This document shows positions 26,138 to 36,332 of a stretch of 64,000 nt of DNA, one piece after another. The notes beneath the pieces are model-generated. The model worked only from the letters and a program-made list of their open reading frames with translations. It was not told the origin of the DNA and did no database searches. Positions within the stretch are counted from its first letter, which is position 1; the number at the start of each line of letters is the position of its first letter. The translations under genes and the position numbers were made by a program. Origin of the DNA: a virus (taxonomy: Duplodnaviria > Caudoviricetes). The stretch is taken from the IMG/VR virus record IMGVR_UViG_3300008107_006173; one strand, 5' to 3'.

Positions 26138-27153
26138 TAAGTTTCTAATCCGTTGTAAATTTTAATCAACAATTCTTTTTCAACCGTGTTAGATTCAATA
26201 GTATCCAACTGGCTAATAACAATTTGATCTACGCTTTCAAATTTAATTTCGCCACCTTCGAATTCCTGCTCTTCTTCTTTAACAGGAATTAGTTGTAGCT
26301 CTCTAACACTATATTGTTCGGCAAACTTTTCTCGAATGAAGTTAGCTTCTTCGTAACTGATGCTGATGTTTAACTTTACACGAGCATAGGTGTAACTGTC
26401 AAGTAGTTTTTCGTGATTGTCAAGTAAATCTGAAAGAGAAATTACCTTAAACTTTGGACAATCAGGCCAATTAACATATACTGGTTCTTCGCCCCAAGTT
26501 AAGAACATAGCACCGCGGTCGTTGTCGTCAACGTCTGCATAGTTGTGCGGGAACGCATTGCCAATATAGTGAATGTTGTTTTTGTATTGACGCTTATGAA
26601 AGTGTCCACTAAACACATACTCAGGCCCACTTAGATGCTCTGCTTTAAGCCCACCATGGTCGGGCATTTCTACCATTGCGTTCATTTTGAAGTAGGGTAG
26701 TTCTAAGTGACCAAACAAGTACTTGACTTTCATCTTTTGTACTTGCTTCCACTCGTCAGCCACTAGCCACGGTAAAATAGCAACGTCATCTTGCACAAAC
26801 TTTTCATCTACCATTACAAAATTAGGTAGATCGCGAGCATACTCTACGCTGTTAAGTTCACGCTTGTCCTTGTAGTACAAGTCGTGATTACCAGTAATAA
26901 AGTAGACCTTTTCAAAATTGTCATTTAGCTTCTTAAGGTCTTTGATACTAGCGTTCATCGTAGCAACATTTACGCTAGCACGATGGTGGCTCCAGTCGCC
27001 TAAGAAGATACAGGTTTCAGCACCGCGGGCTTTTGCCTCTGCAATAAACCAATCAACAAAGCGATGACAATCGTCTAGGTGAATGCGGCTGTTCTGCTTC
27101 AACCCGTAATGGATATCTGTAAAGCAGGCCGCTGTCTTAAACAGCTGACTCAT
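26137..27153 (-). CDS. gp47: Recombination endonuclease nuclease subunit (T4 gp47 / SbcD-Mre11-like)
   Basis: Phosphoesterase motifs FTDIHYG, FLGDW, ITGNHD, FSGHFH. Confidence 0.95.
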   Translation of the reverse strand: MSQLFKTAACFTDIHYGLKQNSRIHLDDCHRFVDWFIAEAKARGAETCIFLGDWSHHRASVNVATMNASIKDLKKLNDNFEKVYFITGNHDLYYKDKRELNSVEYARDLPNFVMVDEKFVQDDVAILPWLVADEWKQVQKMKVKYLFGHLELPYFKMNAMVEMPDHGGLKAEHLSGPEYVFSGHFHKRQYKNNIHYIGNAFPHNYADVDDNDRGAMFLTWGEEPVYVNWPDCPKFKVISLSDLLDNHEKLLDSYTYARVKLNISISYEEANFIREKFAEQYSVRELQLIPVKEEEQEFEGGEIKFESVDQIVISQLDTIESNTVEKELLIKIYNGLET

Positions 27154-28028
27154 ACGTCGTCGTATTCCTCGTGGGCAGGTCTTTCGCTTTCTACATTCTC
27201 TCTGAGAGCTCGTAGTTCTGCTTCGTGTGCAAGCTGACGGCTAAAGCTGGGCAAATGACCCTGCTCAATAAGAATATCGTCACGAATAGTTTGATTGCGC
27301 TTTTCTAAGTTTAGCACCCGGGTAAAGCTGTTGTTTACTGCGGCTGTGTAATAAGCAAATGGGTTATCTGATTTTGCTTCATTAAACTGTAAGCCAACTT
27401 GACTTAGCTGTACCAGTGCTTGCCCGCGCATTTCATCTACATAAGTGTAACCACGCCAGTTAGCACGATGGCTGTAACGCTCAACTAACTTTAGAAACAT
27501 AGTACCTAACTTGTTAGTGATACGACCGTGATCTACGCAGAACTCACCATTGCTTAAACTGCCCTGCCAATGACTGCGAACCACTTCTTTTAGTTCACCG
27601 TTTTGATATGCATAGTGTTTATAAGGAGGGAAGTTTACACGACTTTTTTCCTCGGCCTCATTTTTTGGATTTTTCTTACGACCAAATTCTTCAGGAATAT
27701 GTTCGTATGTCATTACACGGAAAACAATATCTTCGTCGGCAATATTGTCTATATCAATAGCAAACTCTTTTTGCTTAGGCTTATTACGATAGTCCTTGCT
27801 GTCAAAACTAGCCATTGCTTCAGCATATTGATCAGACTGCAATCTCGCTGCCTTATTCTCTTTTGCTTTCTTAATGTTCTTTTTGTTGATATCTTTTACA
27901 CTATCTAAAATTATATCGTACATTCCATACTTTTCATCTTCAATGAAGCAGTAAGTCATCTTACTCTTGTGAATTTCTTTTAATATGTCTTTATTATTTA
28001 GATAGTTTTGTTTTTTAATAGTTGTCAT
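27150..28028 (-). CDS. gp55: Late-transcription sigma factor (T4 gp55-like)
   Basis: NYLNNKDILKEIHKSK, NWRGYTYVDEM and QFNEAKSDNPFAYYT; sits upstream of gp47-gp46 as in T4. Confidence 0.88.
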   Translation of the reverse strand: MTTIKKQNYLNNKDILKEIHKSKMTYCFIEDEKYGMYDIILDSVKDINKKNIKKAKENKAARLQSDQYAEAMASFDSKDYRNKPKQKEFAIDIDNIADEDIVFRVMTYEHIPEEFGRKKNPKNEAEEKSRVNFPPYKHYAYQNGELKEVVRSHWQGSLSNGEFCVDHGRITNKLGTMFLKLVERYSHRANWRGYTYVDEMRGQALVQLSQVGLQFNEAKSDNPFAYYTAAVNNSFTRVLNLEKRNQTIRDDILIEQGHLPSFSRQLAHEAELRALRENVESERPAHEEYDDV

Positions 28029-28050
28029 GCGTTCTCCTGCAGTTTAACCC

Positions 28051-28078
28051 ATTATACATTCTTTTGTAGGATAGTCAA
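28051..28078 (-). promoter_or_regulatory. Sigma70-type promoter TTGACT-N16-TATAAT
   Basis: Near-consensus boxes 23 nt upstream of the gp55 ATG. Confidence 0.7.
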
Positions 28079-28130
28079 TGTTTTTTAGTCCGGAAAATAC
28101 TTTTTTATAAACAGATATTTTAATTAAGTT

Positions 28131-28138
28131 GATAAATA
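28131..28138 (+). promoter_or_regulatory. Late promoter GATAAATA
   Basis: Precedes SD GGAGGA and ATG 28157. Confidence 0.65.
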
Positions 28139-28156
28139 TTGTTGGAGGACTTATCA

Positions 28157-29071
28157 ATGTCTGCACAGTTATGGAATTCAACACAACGATCAATTGACAG
28201 CTTTTTAAGTAATAAAGCTGCTAATGCGCTTGGCGGTATTAAAAATCCATTCATAAAAGACATTGCAGGTGGCCTACTTAATTCATTCATTCCTGGCTTT
28301 GGCGGCGGCATCCCTGATTTTAGAGAATCTGCTTTTTCAACTCTAGTTGATAAAAGACAGCGTGCCGTTGACAACCAACTAAAATCTGTAATTTCTGTAT
28401 ACAGAGACAGCGAAGCAGCCGGAGCTCTACAGAATACTTATGATTGGAGAGCACGATTACGTCCTAAAAGCGGCGGTAAGGAAAAGTTCTATTCCGCCGG
28501 AACTGACGCAGATTACTTGTTGAGACCCATTAAAGAAAGTAATGGATTAGTTTGGCAGTACACCCCCTCGGTTACTATGGGCGGTACAGTTGAATACAAT
28601 CAAACGCTGCTACACGGAATGAACTACCCAATCAACACATTCATTAACAGCAGACCAAATGAAATCAACATCACCGGTGAGTTTACTGCAAATGATATCT
28701 ACGAAGCTAGATATATGTTAGCTATGTTGATCTTTATGAGAATTTCTACTAAAGCATATTTTGGCGATGCAGCGGTTGCAGAAGGTACTTTTGGAACCCC
28801 TCCCCCTGTGATGTTATTTGAATATTTGGGAGAACATGGGTTCAACAAAGTTCCTGTTGTGATTACCAGTTACGGTACTACATTACCTGATGACGTTGAT
28901 TATGTACCAGTAGTGTGCGGCCCCGGCGAAATGACCACTGTAACTTACCTTCCTACAAAACTAAACTTATCAGTAACACTAACGCCATCCTATACACCAC
29001 ATAAGGTAAGATCAAGATTTAATTTAACTGACGTGACCAATGGAAAAGCATATAAGCGTGGATTTATCTAA
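28157..29071 (+). CDS. Baseplate / tail-tube-initiator-like protein
   Basis: Real start is likely ATG 28157. INITGEFTAND, GTPPPVMLFEYLGEHGFNKVPVVITSY..TLPDDVDY is a tube-fold-like pattern; first gene of the baseplate unit. Confidence 0.6.
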   Translation: MSAQLWNSTQRSIDSFLSNKAANALGGIKNPFIKDIAGGLLNSFIPGFGGGIPDFRESAFSTLVDKRQRAVDNQLKSVISVYRDSEAAGALQNTYDWRARLRPKSGGKEKFYSAGTDADYLLRPIKESNGLVWQYTPSVTMGGTVEYNQTLLHGMNYPINTFINSRPNEINITGEFTANDIYEARYMLAMLIFMRISTKAYFGDAAVAEGTFGTPPPVMLFEYLGEHGFNKVPVVITSYGTTLPDDVDYVPVVCGPGEMTTVTYLPTKLNLSVTLTPSYTPHKVRSRFNLTDVTNGKAYKRGFI

Positions 29072-29385
29072 TGTCAACATTTTTTAGAAACGATAGCTTC
29101 TTAAAAGGAAGTTTACCACTAGGCGACAGGTTTTTAGATATTAATACCTTACCTAGAATACCTATCCTCGACGATGATGAACCTTATGTAATTGCTCATG
29201 GTTATGCTGAGCGCCCTGATTTGTTATCTTATGCATTATATGAAAATTCTCGCTTATGGTGGGTGTTTGCACTAAGAAATCCAGATGTATTGGTTGATCC
29301 TATCAGAGACTTTAAAGCAGGTACATTGATATATCTACCTAATAGTGTTACGGTTGATAATATTTTAAAGTATAGAGGTTCATAA
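29071..29385 (+). CDS. gp53: Baseplate wedge protein (T4 gp53 / LysM-like)
   Basis: YAERPDLLSYALYENSRLWWVFALRN...FKAGTLIYLP. Confidence 0.8.
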   Translation: MSTFFRNDSFLKGSLPLGDRFLDINTLPRIPILDDDEPYVIAHGYAERPDLLSYALYENSRLWWVFALRNPDVLVDPIRDFKAGTLIYLPNSVTVDNILKYRGS

Positions 29386-29387
29386 TA

Positions 29388-32300
29388 ATGGCCGAAAATG
29401 TTACAAACGGCTCTGAGGCTGGTGGTAACAAGCCTAGCGTTCGTTCACCAGAGATTTTCGATCCATATCTAGGTCGTGTTTATGGCAATGTGTTAGACTT
29501 GTATGACACACCAACATACAATATTAAATTTGCATTAGTTAAGGACAAAGTACTTTCAGAAAGTGGTAGAGCAGCTTCAGCCAATTCCAGTGTAAGTGCT
29601 AATCAAACCTCAAGTAATCCTCGAGCAGACACACCATCTACAGGTAATACCACTGGAACTAACACCTCAGCTACTAGTGGCGCAGCAGCTAAGTCATTTA
29701 CTAGACCTGTAGCTGCTGGAGATATGGTTGTAATAGCGCAAACGGGTGTTACTGGTGTATTAATTGATGAAGTTGTAATGGAAACCGGTTTGGCGTCAGA
29801 CGCTAATTATTGGCCCACATCAATTGAACTAAAACTGGTACAGCCCGGCATGGCTAATCTAATAGACCAAATGCAGGTAGCTAGAAAATGGTTAGATGCT
29901 ACAGGAATAGCCAGAGGTGAAAATAAAAACACACGATTTTTAACCATGATTGAAATTTCATTTATGGGTAGAAAGGCTGACCCTGACGATGAAGATAAAG
30001 GTGGCAATCCCACAGTAGTTGATGGCCCATATGGATGGATTTGTACACTTAATGCTATAGATATTAAGGTAGATCAAACTGGAAGTTATTATCTAGTTAA
30101 TTTAACACCGTACGAAGGAATTTTATACAACGATAGGGATTTCCGCACACCGCATGAAGTTCAGTGTACTGGTAAAACTGTGAAAGAAGCGGTAGAAAAT
30201 TTTCAAGCTGTACTTAATGAAAGTTTAAGAGTTAATTTACCTAGTGATTATACTGATCCTGATGAATACTTTTTTGATACTAGTAGTTTATTAGGATCAG
30301 TTCCGCCGCTATTACCGGTCACTACACCGCTGAGAAGTTCCAGTAATCCTGATGTAAACAATCAAGGTGCAATTTCTAGCGGACAGGTGAGGGCAGAATT
30401 AAGAGCATCTACCACTACGGCTGATCCGTCATTGGTTAACACCGGTAAGTCGGAACCTGCTTATCAAGAATATACATTTACTGTAGCAGCTAAAACAGAT
30501 TTTTATAATTTCTTTGTTAAATTACTTTCGGTGTGCGATGACTTTGTTAACAAAATATCAAACTTATCAAATATCAACGATCCAACTTCTACCGCAAAGA
30601 AGGCTGCGGCAGTAAACTGGATATCAGTTGATATGGATGTTGAATACAAAAAGTTTGACAAAAAAAGAAATGATTATACTAAGAAAATCATTGTAAGACC
30701 GGTAATATACGAAACTGGGCGCCCAGATCTAGAACTAAAATTATTAAGTGCTGACGCTACAGATCAAACCAGTAGAAATCAAGAAAATGCAGCTACATTT
30801 AGACTGCAACAACTACGAAAAGAAAATAAGTTATTAAAATCATACAAATACTTGTTTACCGGATTAAATGATCAAATACTTAATCTTGAATTAAAATTTG
30901 ATCCAGGTACTACAATTTTACAAGCACCCAGAAATGGTATGATTGGTGATACCGAACTGATCACCGCACCTATGATGAATCCAACACAGCCATTGAATCA
31001 AGATCTTAGTACAGCAAGAGGATTGTTGGGGGCTGTAGATAAATTAAGAGATGCAACAAAGTTTGCTGATGTTCTTAAGAGTCTCAGTGATGGACAAATA
31101 GGAAATATTGCAAGGTCATTGGGCATTACTGCGGTTGCTGATGTTGAAACATTAAAGAACAGTATAAGAAGCGGCACACAACAAGCAGCAACAGATTTAG
31201 CTAATAGGCTTGGTTCTCAACGATTAAACCAAGTTGCCCAAGCTGCTGCTACTGCACAACAAGCAGCCGGCGCTGGCGGCGCCCCTACAATCACAAATCC
31301 AGATGGTACAACATACGATCCTGAAGCTTCGGGAGTTACTTATGCTGAAGATTTGCTTACAGATCTTATGGAAAGAGCCGGTGGACTAACATTAGATCAG
31401 ATTAGAGAAGCTGGCCTTGTTCGCGTAGGTGATATAAATGCACTTGATATGGTACCGTCAGTATCAACAGATGCTACGCCGGCCAGTAGCGGTCCAGCAA
31501 CCTCTATGATCGCCCGCCGCGGCTCGCCTTCGAATGTATTGTTTAATTACATATATACCAAACATGCAGCACCAGCGGCATTTCTTACTATTGATATGAC
31601 TATACGAGGAGATCCGTGGTACTTAGGTAGTGTAAAAGGGCGGTCTACCGCGGATGCTGGCGCATTTAATCAAACAGCCCAACCTCATGTTTTATTACAG
31701 GTAGCCACACCGCCCCCATTTGATTTAGATTTAAATGACGAAGATAATAACAGCGGTTATTGGAATATGAATGGATTGAGCAATTCATTCAGTGGCGTTT
31801 ATTTGCTTACGAGAGTAGTAAACAAATTTCAAAATGGAATGTTTACCTCAACAATATACGGCGCAAAACAATTTGATGTTCCGCTATTTAAAATTAGACC
31901 ATTAGAATTGCAATTCAATGATCGGGGTGAAAGAATTACTTTTGATTTGAACGGTATTGGTCCTGACGGCCGGCCTATCTCAGCCAGCGACAATGCTAAT
32001 ACAAATCTAACCAGGGCACCAACTGTTACTAGCGGTACAGGAGGTACCAGTCCTAGTACCGGAGGACCGGGCGGTCCCGGGGCTACAGGCACAAACAATC
32101 CAACTGCTGCCGGCCCAACCGGTCACGCAAATCCAGTAGGTGACGCAACCGGTGTAAGAGTAACTTCAGAAGAAGGTTACCGTACAGATCCAATAACCGG
32201 AGAACGAAAGTACCATGCAGGCATAGATATTGCTGGACCAGAAGGAACAAGAATATTCCCATCAGCACCTGGCACAGTTAGTAGAGTAGATACTGTTGTT

Positions 32301-32540
32301 ACACCGGGTAAAGGTAATGGTTACGCTGTTTTTGTCAAGCATGGAAATGGCCTAGAGTCAGCTTATCTACATATGAATGCTGTACCTCTTGTACGAGTAG
32401 GTGATCCAGTAACTGGTAATACAGTTCTTGGTGGTATAGGTAGCACCGGTAAGAGTACCGGAAATCACTTACATTATCAAATAAAATTAAATGGCCAGGT
32501 TCAGAATCCAAGAAACTATTTACCCTTGCCTGGGCGATGA
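29388..32540 (+). CDS. Baseplate hub-like protein with C-terminal M23 peptidase
   Basis: MTIRGDPWYL and FSGVYLLTRVVNKFQNGMFTSTI are hub-type motifs. After a Gly/Thr/Pro linker come HAGID and HLH, the M23 zinc motifs. Confidence 0.8.
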   Translation: MAENVTNGSEAGGNKPSVRSPEIFDPYLGRVYGNVLDLYDTPTYNIKFALVKDKVLSESGRAASANSSVSANQTSSNPRADTPSTGNTTGTNTSATSGAAAKSFTRPVAAGDMVVIAQTGVTGVLIDEVVMETGLASDANYWPTSIELKLVQPGMANLIDQMQVARKWLDATGIARGENKNTRFLTMIEISFMGRKADPDDEDKGGNPTVVDGPYGWICTLNAIDIKVDQTGSYYLVNLTPYEGILYNDRDFRTPHEVQCTGKTVKEAVENFQAVLNESLRVNLPSDYTDPDEYFFDTSSLLGSVPPLLPVTTPLRSSSNPDVNNQGAISSGQVRAELRASTTTADPSLVNTGKSEPAYQEYTFTVAAKTDFYNFFVKLLSVCDDFVNKISNLSNINDPTSTAKKAAAVNWISVDMDVEYKKFDKKRNDYTKKIIVRPVIYETGRPDLELKLLSADATDQTSRNQENAATFRLQQLRKENKLLKSYKYLFTGLNDQILNLELKFDPGTTILQAPRNGMIGDTELITAPMMNPTQPLNQDLSTARGLLGAVDKLRDATKFADVLKSLSDGQIGNIARSLGITAVADVETLKNSIRSGTQQAATDLANRLGSQRLNQVAQAAATAQQAAGAGGAPTITNPDGTTYDPEASGVTYAEDLLTDLMERAGGLTLDQIREAGLVRVGDINALDMVPSVSTDATPASSGPATSMIARRGSPSNVLFNYIYTKHAAPAAFLTIDMTIRGDPWYLGSVKGRSTADAGAFNQTAQPHVLLQVATPPPFDLDLNDEDNNSGYWNMNGLSNSFSGVYLLTRVVNKFQNGMFTSTIYGAKQFDVPLFKIRPLELQFNDRGERITFDLNGIGPDGRPISASDNANTNLTRAPTVTSGTGGTSPSTGGPGGPGATGTNNPTAAGPTGHANPVGDATGVRVTSEEGYRTDPITGERKYHAGIDIAGPEGTRIFPSAPGTVSRVDTVVTPGKGNGYAVFVKHGNGLESAYLHMNAVPLVRVGDPVTGNTVLGGIGSTGKSTGNHLHYQIKLNGQVQNPRNYLPLPGR

Positions 32541-32588
32541 TCTAAGAAGCTATTTAAAAATATAATAGAAATTAAGGTTTAAAATATT

Positions 32589-34337
32589 ATGGCGTTGAAA
32601 CCACCTTTAGTAACAAATAATAGATTAACTAACGATCCTGTTGGTAGAGCAGAGCAATCTGCTGATAAAAAATGGGGTGTGTTTATTGGTGTTGTGCGAT
32701 CGACGCAAGACGAAGCCTTTACTGGCAAGATACAGGTCTTTATTCCAGAATTGGGCAAAGACCCGGGATCAAACGACGGTGTATTTGATTGTTTTTGGAG
32801 CAGTCCTTTTGCCGGAGCAACCACACCCAATGTGGGTACTGATATTAAAAATTATAAAAATACAAGACAAAGTTATGGCATGTGGATGCGCCCACCCGAC
32901 AAGGACAATATTGTATTAGTTTGTTTTGCTGACGGTAATAGAAAGTTACCATATATTATTGGCTGCACATTCCCACCAATGCTTACGCATATGGTTCCTG
33001 GTGTACCTGCAGGTAAAAGTTATAGTGAATCGGGTATCAATGTTCCTGTAGCTGAAAAAAATGCTCGAGATGAAAAAACCACGCACAATGATGCTACACG
33101 CCCAATGCATGTTGACATCGCTGAGTGGATTGTTAAACAAGGACTTGTTAATGATCCTCTTAGAGGCGCAGGTACTAGCGGCTCTAGGCGCGAAACACCT
33201 AGCGAAGTATTTGGTATTTTAACACCTGGACCACCCGATCCTAAAGATCCAAAATCTAGAATGGGCGGACACAGCTTTGTTATGGATGACGGTTTAAGAT
33301 CCGGCTCACGCCATATTAGATTGCGTACTGCACAGGGTAATCAAATATTAATGGACGATATGTTAGGCCTAATATATTTGATTAATAAGAAAGGCAATGC
33401 TTGGTTTGAAATGGATATGAACGGTCATGTTCAGATCTACGCAGAAGGTGGTATCAGTATGCGTACCCGCGGTAATTTCAATCTCCGAGCAGACAAAAAT
33501 GTTAATATTGAAGCAGGTAACGACGTTCAAATTCGTGCTGCTGGCGACAATGTGGGTGTACTTTCAACCTATGACTATCTAGGACCAAATCCTATGAGTG
33601 CAGTTGGTAAAGGTCCACTAGGCACCGGCGGCGATGTGAGAATTGAAGCAGCAGGACAAATGAGTGCGCTGGCCACTACCAGTATGAAACATACTGCACT
33701 AGGCGGCGACTATGATCTTAGCGTTGGCGGCCTAATAAGAATGACAGCAGGTAATCCTGCGCCTGCCCCAACAGGTGGTATTACACTTACTACCCCTGGC
33801 GGAATATTATTAGATTCTGCACTAGAAACACGGGTGCAATCAAAAACAAGTGTAGGAATCTCAGCAGCAGCTGGTGCAGTAAATATCGTTGGCGGCCCAC
33901 TTATTAATTTAAACTCAAGTGTTCTACCTCCTATTATTCCCGTTCCGGCCAAAGCCGCAACACAAATGCTACTCACTGCAAGTAAAGATCAACCATTTGA
34001 CGCACCTAAATTTAATCGAGAGGCTGCATTAAAAGGTACCACAGCATTAGAGGGCGGAGGATTACGAACTGGTAAAGTAGACAATGTTCAAAGCATTGTA
34101 GCAAACTTTATTACTGCTGAACCGTTCTCCGGCCACTCAAACGCAGACCCAACTAAAGAAAACCCAAGAACAATTGGTAATAACAAAGCGTTCGTTCCAG
34201 GTGCACCTGGGGCAAGCCCAGGCAACAGATCAGTTCCTGCAACAGTAATTAATCCTAATGGCACAGTTTCTGTTGGTACGGGATATGCTGATGCAAACGG
34301 CAACTTAGTTACTGGTTCACGGCCAACTGGAGGATAA
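32589..34337 (+). CDS. gp5: Central spike protein (T4 gp5-like OB-fold plus beta-helix)
   Basis: GKIQVFIPEL, SYGMWMRPPD...VLVCFADG, GGHSFVMDDG, IRLRTAQGNQILMDD, then short beta-helix repeats. Confidence 0.8.
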   Translation: MALKPPLVTNNRLTNDPVGRAEQSADKKWGVFIGVVRSTQDEAFTGKIQVFIPELGKDPGSNDGVFDCFWSSPFAGATTPNVGTDIKNYKNTRQSYGMWMRPPDKDNIVLVCFADGNRKLPYIIGCTFPPMLTHMVPGVPAGKSYSESGINVPVAEKNARDEKTTHNDATRPMHVDIAEWIVKQGLVNDPLRGAGTSGSRRETPSEVFGILTPGPPDPKDPKSRMGGHSFVMDDGLRSGSRHIRLRTAQGNQILMDDMLGLIYLINKKGNAWFEMDMNGHVQIYAEGGISMRTRGNFNLRADKNVNIEAGNDVQIRAAGDNVGVLSTYDYLGPNPMSAVGKGPLGTGGDVRIEAAGQMSALATTSMKHTALGGDYDLSVGGLIRMTAGNPAPAPTGGITLTTPGGILLDSALETRVQSKTSVGISAAAGAVNIVGGPLINLNSSVLPPIIPVPAKAATQMLLTASKDQPFDAPKFNREAALKGTTALEGGGLRTGKVDNVQSIVANFITAEPFSGHSNADPTKENPRTIGNNKAFVPGAPGASPGNRSVPATVINPNGTVSVGTGYADANGNLVTGSRPTGG

Positions 34338-34339
34338 AC

Positions 34340-35482
34340 ATGGCAAACACTACACCCACAGGAACTACCCCGGCTGGAACAGGCTCAACACCAGCTACAC
34401 CAGCCCCGGCACCTAGCGATAAAAATGTTTCTAGTGTAAAAGATTTCCAAAAAAATGTTACCGACCTTGATAGAGAAAAATTTAATCAAGCCCAGGCAGC
34501 ATTAGCGTCAGCGCAAGCTCTTTTAAATAAATTTGCTGATATTGCTAGGGATCCTCGAGGTGCAGCAATTGCAGCAGCACAACAGGCTGCTTCCGATGCT
34601 ATTAAAAACAGTCCTCTATATAAACAATTAAACAATATTATGAATAACACTGAGTTAGCAAATTTAAGAAATCTACTCGGCGTTGATAGAATTAGGGACC
34701 TTGCAAGATCGCTAAATGTCGTAATACCGCCAATTAGATTTCCAGTAACTAACGAAAACCTAGATAAAATTATTGGTATAGCCAAGCAGTTAAAAGAACT
34801 TGAAGCACAGTTAAGAGCATTTGCTATTGCAGGCAATACTGGCTTGCCCGCAGCACTAACAGACGCTGCATTTAGAAATATGATGAATGATATTAGAGAT
34901 ATCATGGCTACATCAAAAGATAATGCTGAAGCACTAAAAAGATTAGAGGATGCAGGATATAAAATTATTTCAGATCCTCCCGGCACTATTTTTGAAGACG
35001 CTAACGGTAATAAGATTGTTGACTTCTCAAACGGCCTAGGCCCAATTGGCACAAGTTTAGGTTTGCTAGCCGATCTTAATAAAGCATGGGAAGATGTGAA
35101 AGGAAGAATTACTGCCCCAATGAGTAATAACCAGACACTAGCGATGGCCAGTTTTTCAAATCATGTTGGTGCAGAAAACTTTTTAAACAGCGATGTGTTG
35201 ATCGCACTGAACGAACTAGCCTATGCTGAAGTGCCAAGACTGCTAATGGGATGGGTGATGGGTTCACCTCCAGGCGGCGTTGGCGCTGCTGTGTTTAGGC
35301 AAGATTATTATGATAGACGACTATATGAAGCTGAGCTATTCCAAACGCCTGACGACGTGGACATTTCTCCACCACCCGGTGTCAATCCAGGCGAGTTAAC
35401 ATTTGCACAGTTGGCAGCAATTTTAGAACTTAGACGAACCAGCTACATTGAACAAAAAATAAGAGAATTTGGTTCTAGATAA
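34340..35482 (+). CDS. Protein with C-terminal GH24 lysozyme-like domain
   Basis: LLADL...V..RITAPMSNNQTLAMASFSNHVG..NFLNSDVLIALN...W...RRLYEAELF matches the phage lysozyme C-lobe. Own SD GGAGGA. Confidence 0.7.
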   Translation: MANTTPTGTTPAGTGSTPATPAPAPSDKNVSSVKDFQKNVTDLDREKFNQAQAALASAQALLNKFADIARDPRGAAIAAAQQAASDAIKNSPLYKQLNNIMNNTELANLRNLLGVDRIRDLARSLNVVIPPIRFPVTNENLDKIIGIAKQLKELEAQLRAFAIAGNTGLPAALTDAAFRNMMNDIRDIMATSKDNAEALKRLEDAGYKIISDPPGTIFEDANGNKIVDFSNGLGPIGTSLGLLADLNKAWEDVKGRITAPMSNNQTLAMASFSNHVGAENFLNSDVLIALNELAYAEVPRLLMGWVMGSPPGGVGAAVFRQDYYDRRLYEAELFQTPDDVDISPPPGVNPGELTFAQLAAILELRRTSYIEQKIREFGSR

Positions 35483-35483
35483 G

Positions 35484-35513
35484 AATATAGGGCCTTTCGG
35501 CCCTATATTTTTT
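35484..35513. terminator. Probably bidirectional terminator
   Basis: AATATAGGGCC-TTTC-GGCCCTATATT (11-bp stem) with a T-run, between convergent genes. Confidence 0.85.
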
Positions 35514-35540
35514 CTGCTCTCTTACATAACCATTTAGTGC

Positions 35541-35801
35541 TTACGCACGCTTGATCATATTTTCCATTTCAGCAAATTCGTTTGGCAGGATGTTGTTGTT
35601 GTAACGGAAGTTGCCTGTTAGATTGATTGTATCAAACAACACATACTTCTTAGTTACAGAATCATACAGTCCCATGCTAACGAACTTTCTGCTCTGATCA
35701 AACATACGCAAGAATCGATCAGTACGGTGTTCCTTATTGTACTTCTCGGCGCTAGCGCAGATTTCATCAAACTTCTTTGAAAGTTTATTACGCATTTTCA
35801 T
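35541..35801 (-). CDS. 86-aa hypothetical protein, probably early-expressed
   Basis: Clean ORF with its own sigma70-type promoter, ending at the shared terminator. Confidence 0.75.
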   Translation of the reverse strand: MKMRNKLSKKFDEICASAEKYNKEHRTDRFLRMFDQSRKFVSMGLYDSVTKKYVLFDTINLTGNFRYNNNILPNEFAEMENMIKRA

Positions 35802-35876
35802 GCTCTCAACTTAGGGTTAAACCAATAGTGATCTATTTCTAAATCACCGCCCATGTAGCTATTCACTACAAGTCTT

Positions 35877-35905
35877 AATATACATGTTTTTAAATTTTTT
35901 GTCAA
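35877..35905 (-). promoter_or_regulatory. Sigma70-type promoter TTGACA-N17-TATATT
   Basis: Perfect -35 box, 17-nt spacer, 5/6 -10 box. Confidence 0.75.
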
Positions 35906-35944
35906 GCGAAAAATGGCCTAATTAAAATATCTGTTAAAGAATAT

Positions 35945-35952
35945 GATAAATA
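35945..35952 (+). promoter_or_regulatory. Late promoter GATAAATA
   Basis: Immediately upstream of ATG 35958, so the transcript would be nearly leaderless. Confidence 0.6.
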
Positions 35953-35957
35953 ATTGT

Positions 35958-36332
35958 ATGGCAAAATTCAAAGGTCTCAGTACAGTTGACAAGGTTAGAG
36001 CACCATACACTCTAGTCGATAGTGCGCTTGTAAAGCGAGATTTATTGAATACCTTTTATACAAAGAAGGGCGAAAGACTAATGCGTCCTAACTATGGTAG
36101 TATCATTTGGGACTTGCTAATGAACCCCGAGGATAGTTATACCAACAGTGAAATTATTGATGATGTAAAAAAGATAATTGACGCTGATCCCCGAGTAGAA
36201 TATATTGATGCAACAATTTATACACTAGAACAAAGTATCAGAATTGAAGTAGTTTTAAAAATTCTTCCATTTAATAATCCTGATACATTGTATCTAGAGT
36301 ACACAAGAAAGATCATTGAGGGCGCAGACTAA
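35958..36332 (+). CDS. gp25: Baseplate wedge subunit (T4 gp25-like)
   Basis: LVKRDLLNTFYTKKGERLMRPNYGSIIWDLLMNP, IIDADPRVE. Confidence 0.92.
   Translation: MAKFKGLSTVDKVRAPYTLVDSALVKRDLLNTFYTKKGERLMRPNYGSIIWDLLMNPEDSYTNSEIIDDVKKIIDADPRVEYIDATIYTLEQSIRIEVVLKILPFNNPDTLYLEYTRKIIEGAD

Noticed and set aside
34320-34345. Readthrough or frameshift fusing gp5 to the lysozyme-like ORF
   Set aside because: The second ORF has a strong SD (GGAGGA) and an ATG 2 nt after a TAA; no slippery sequence.
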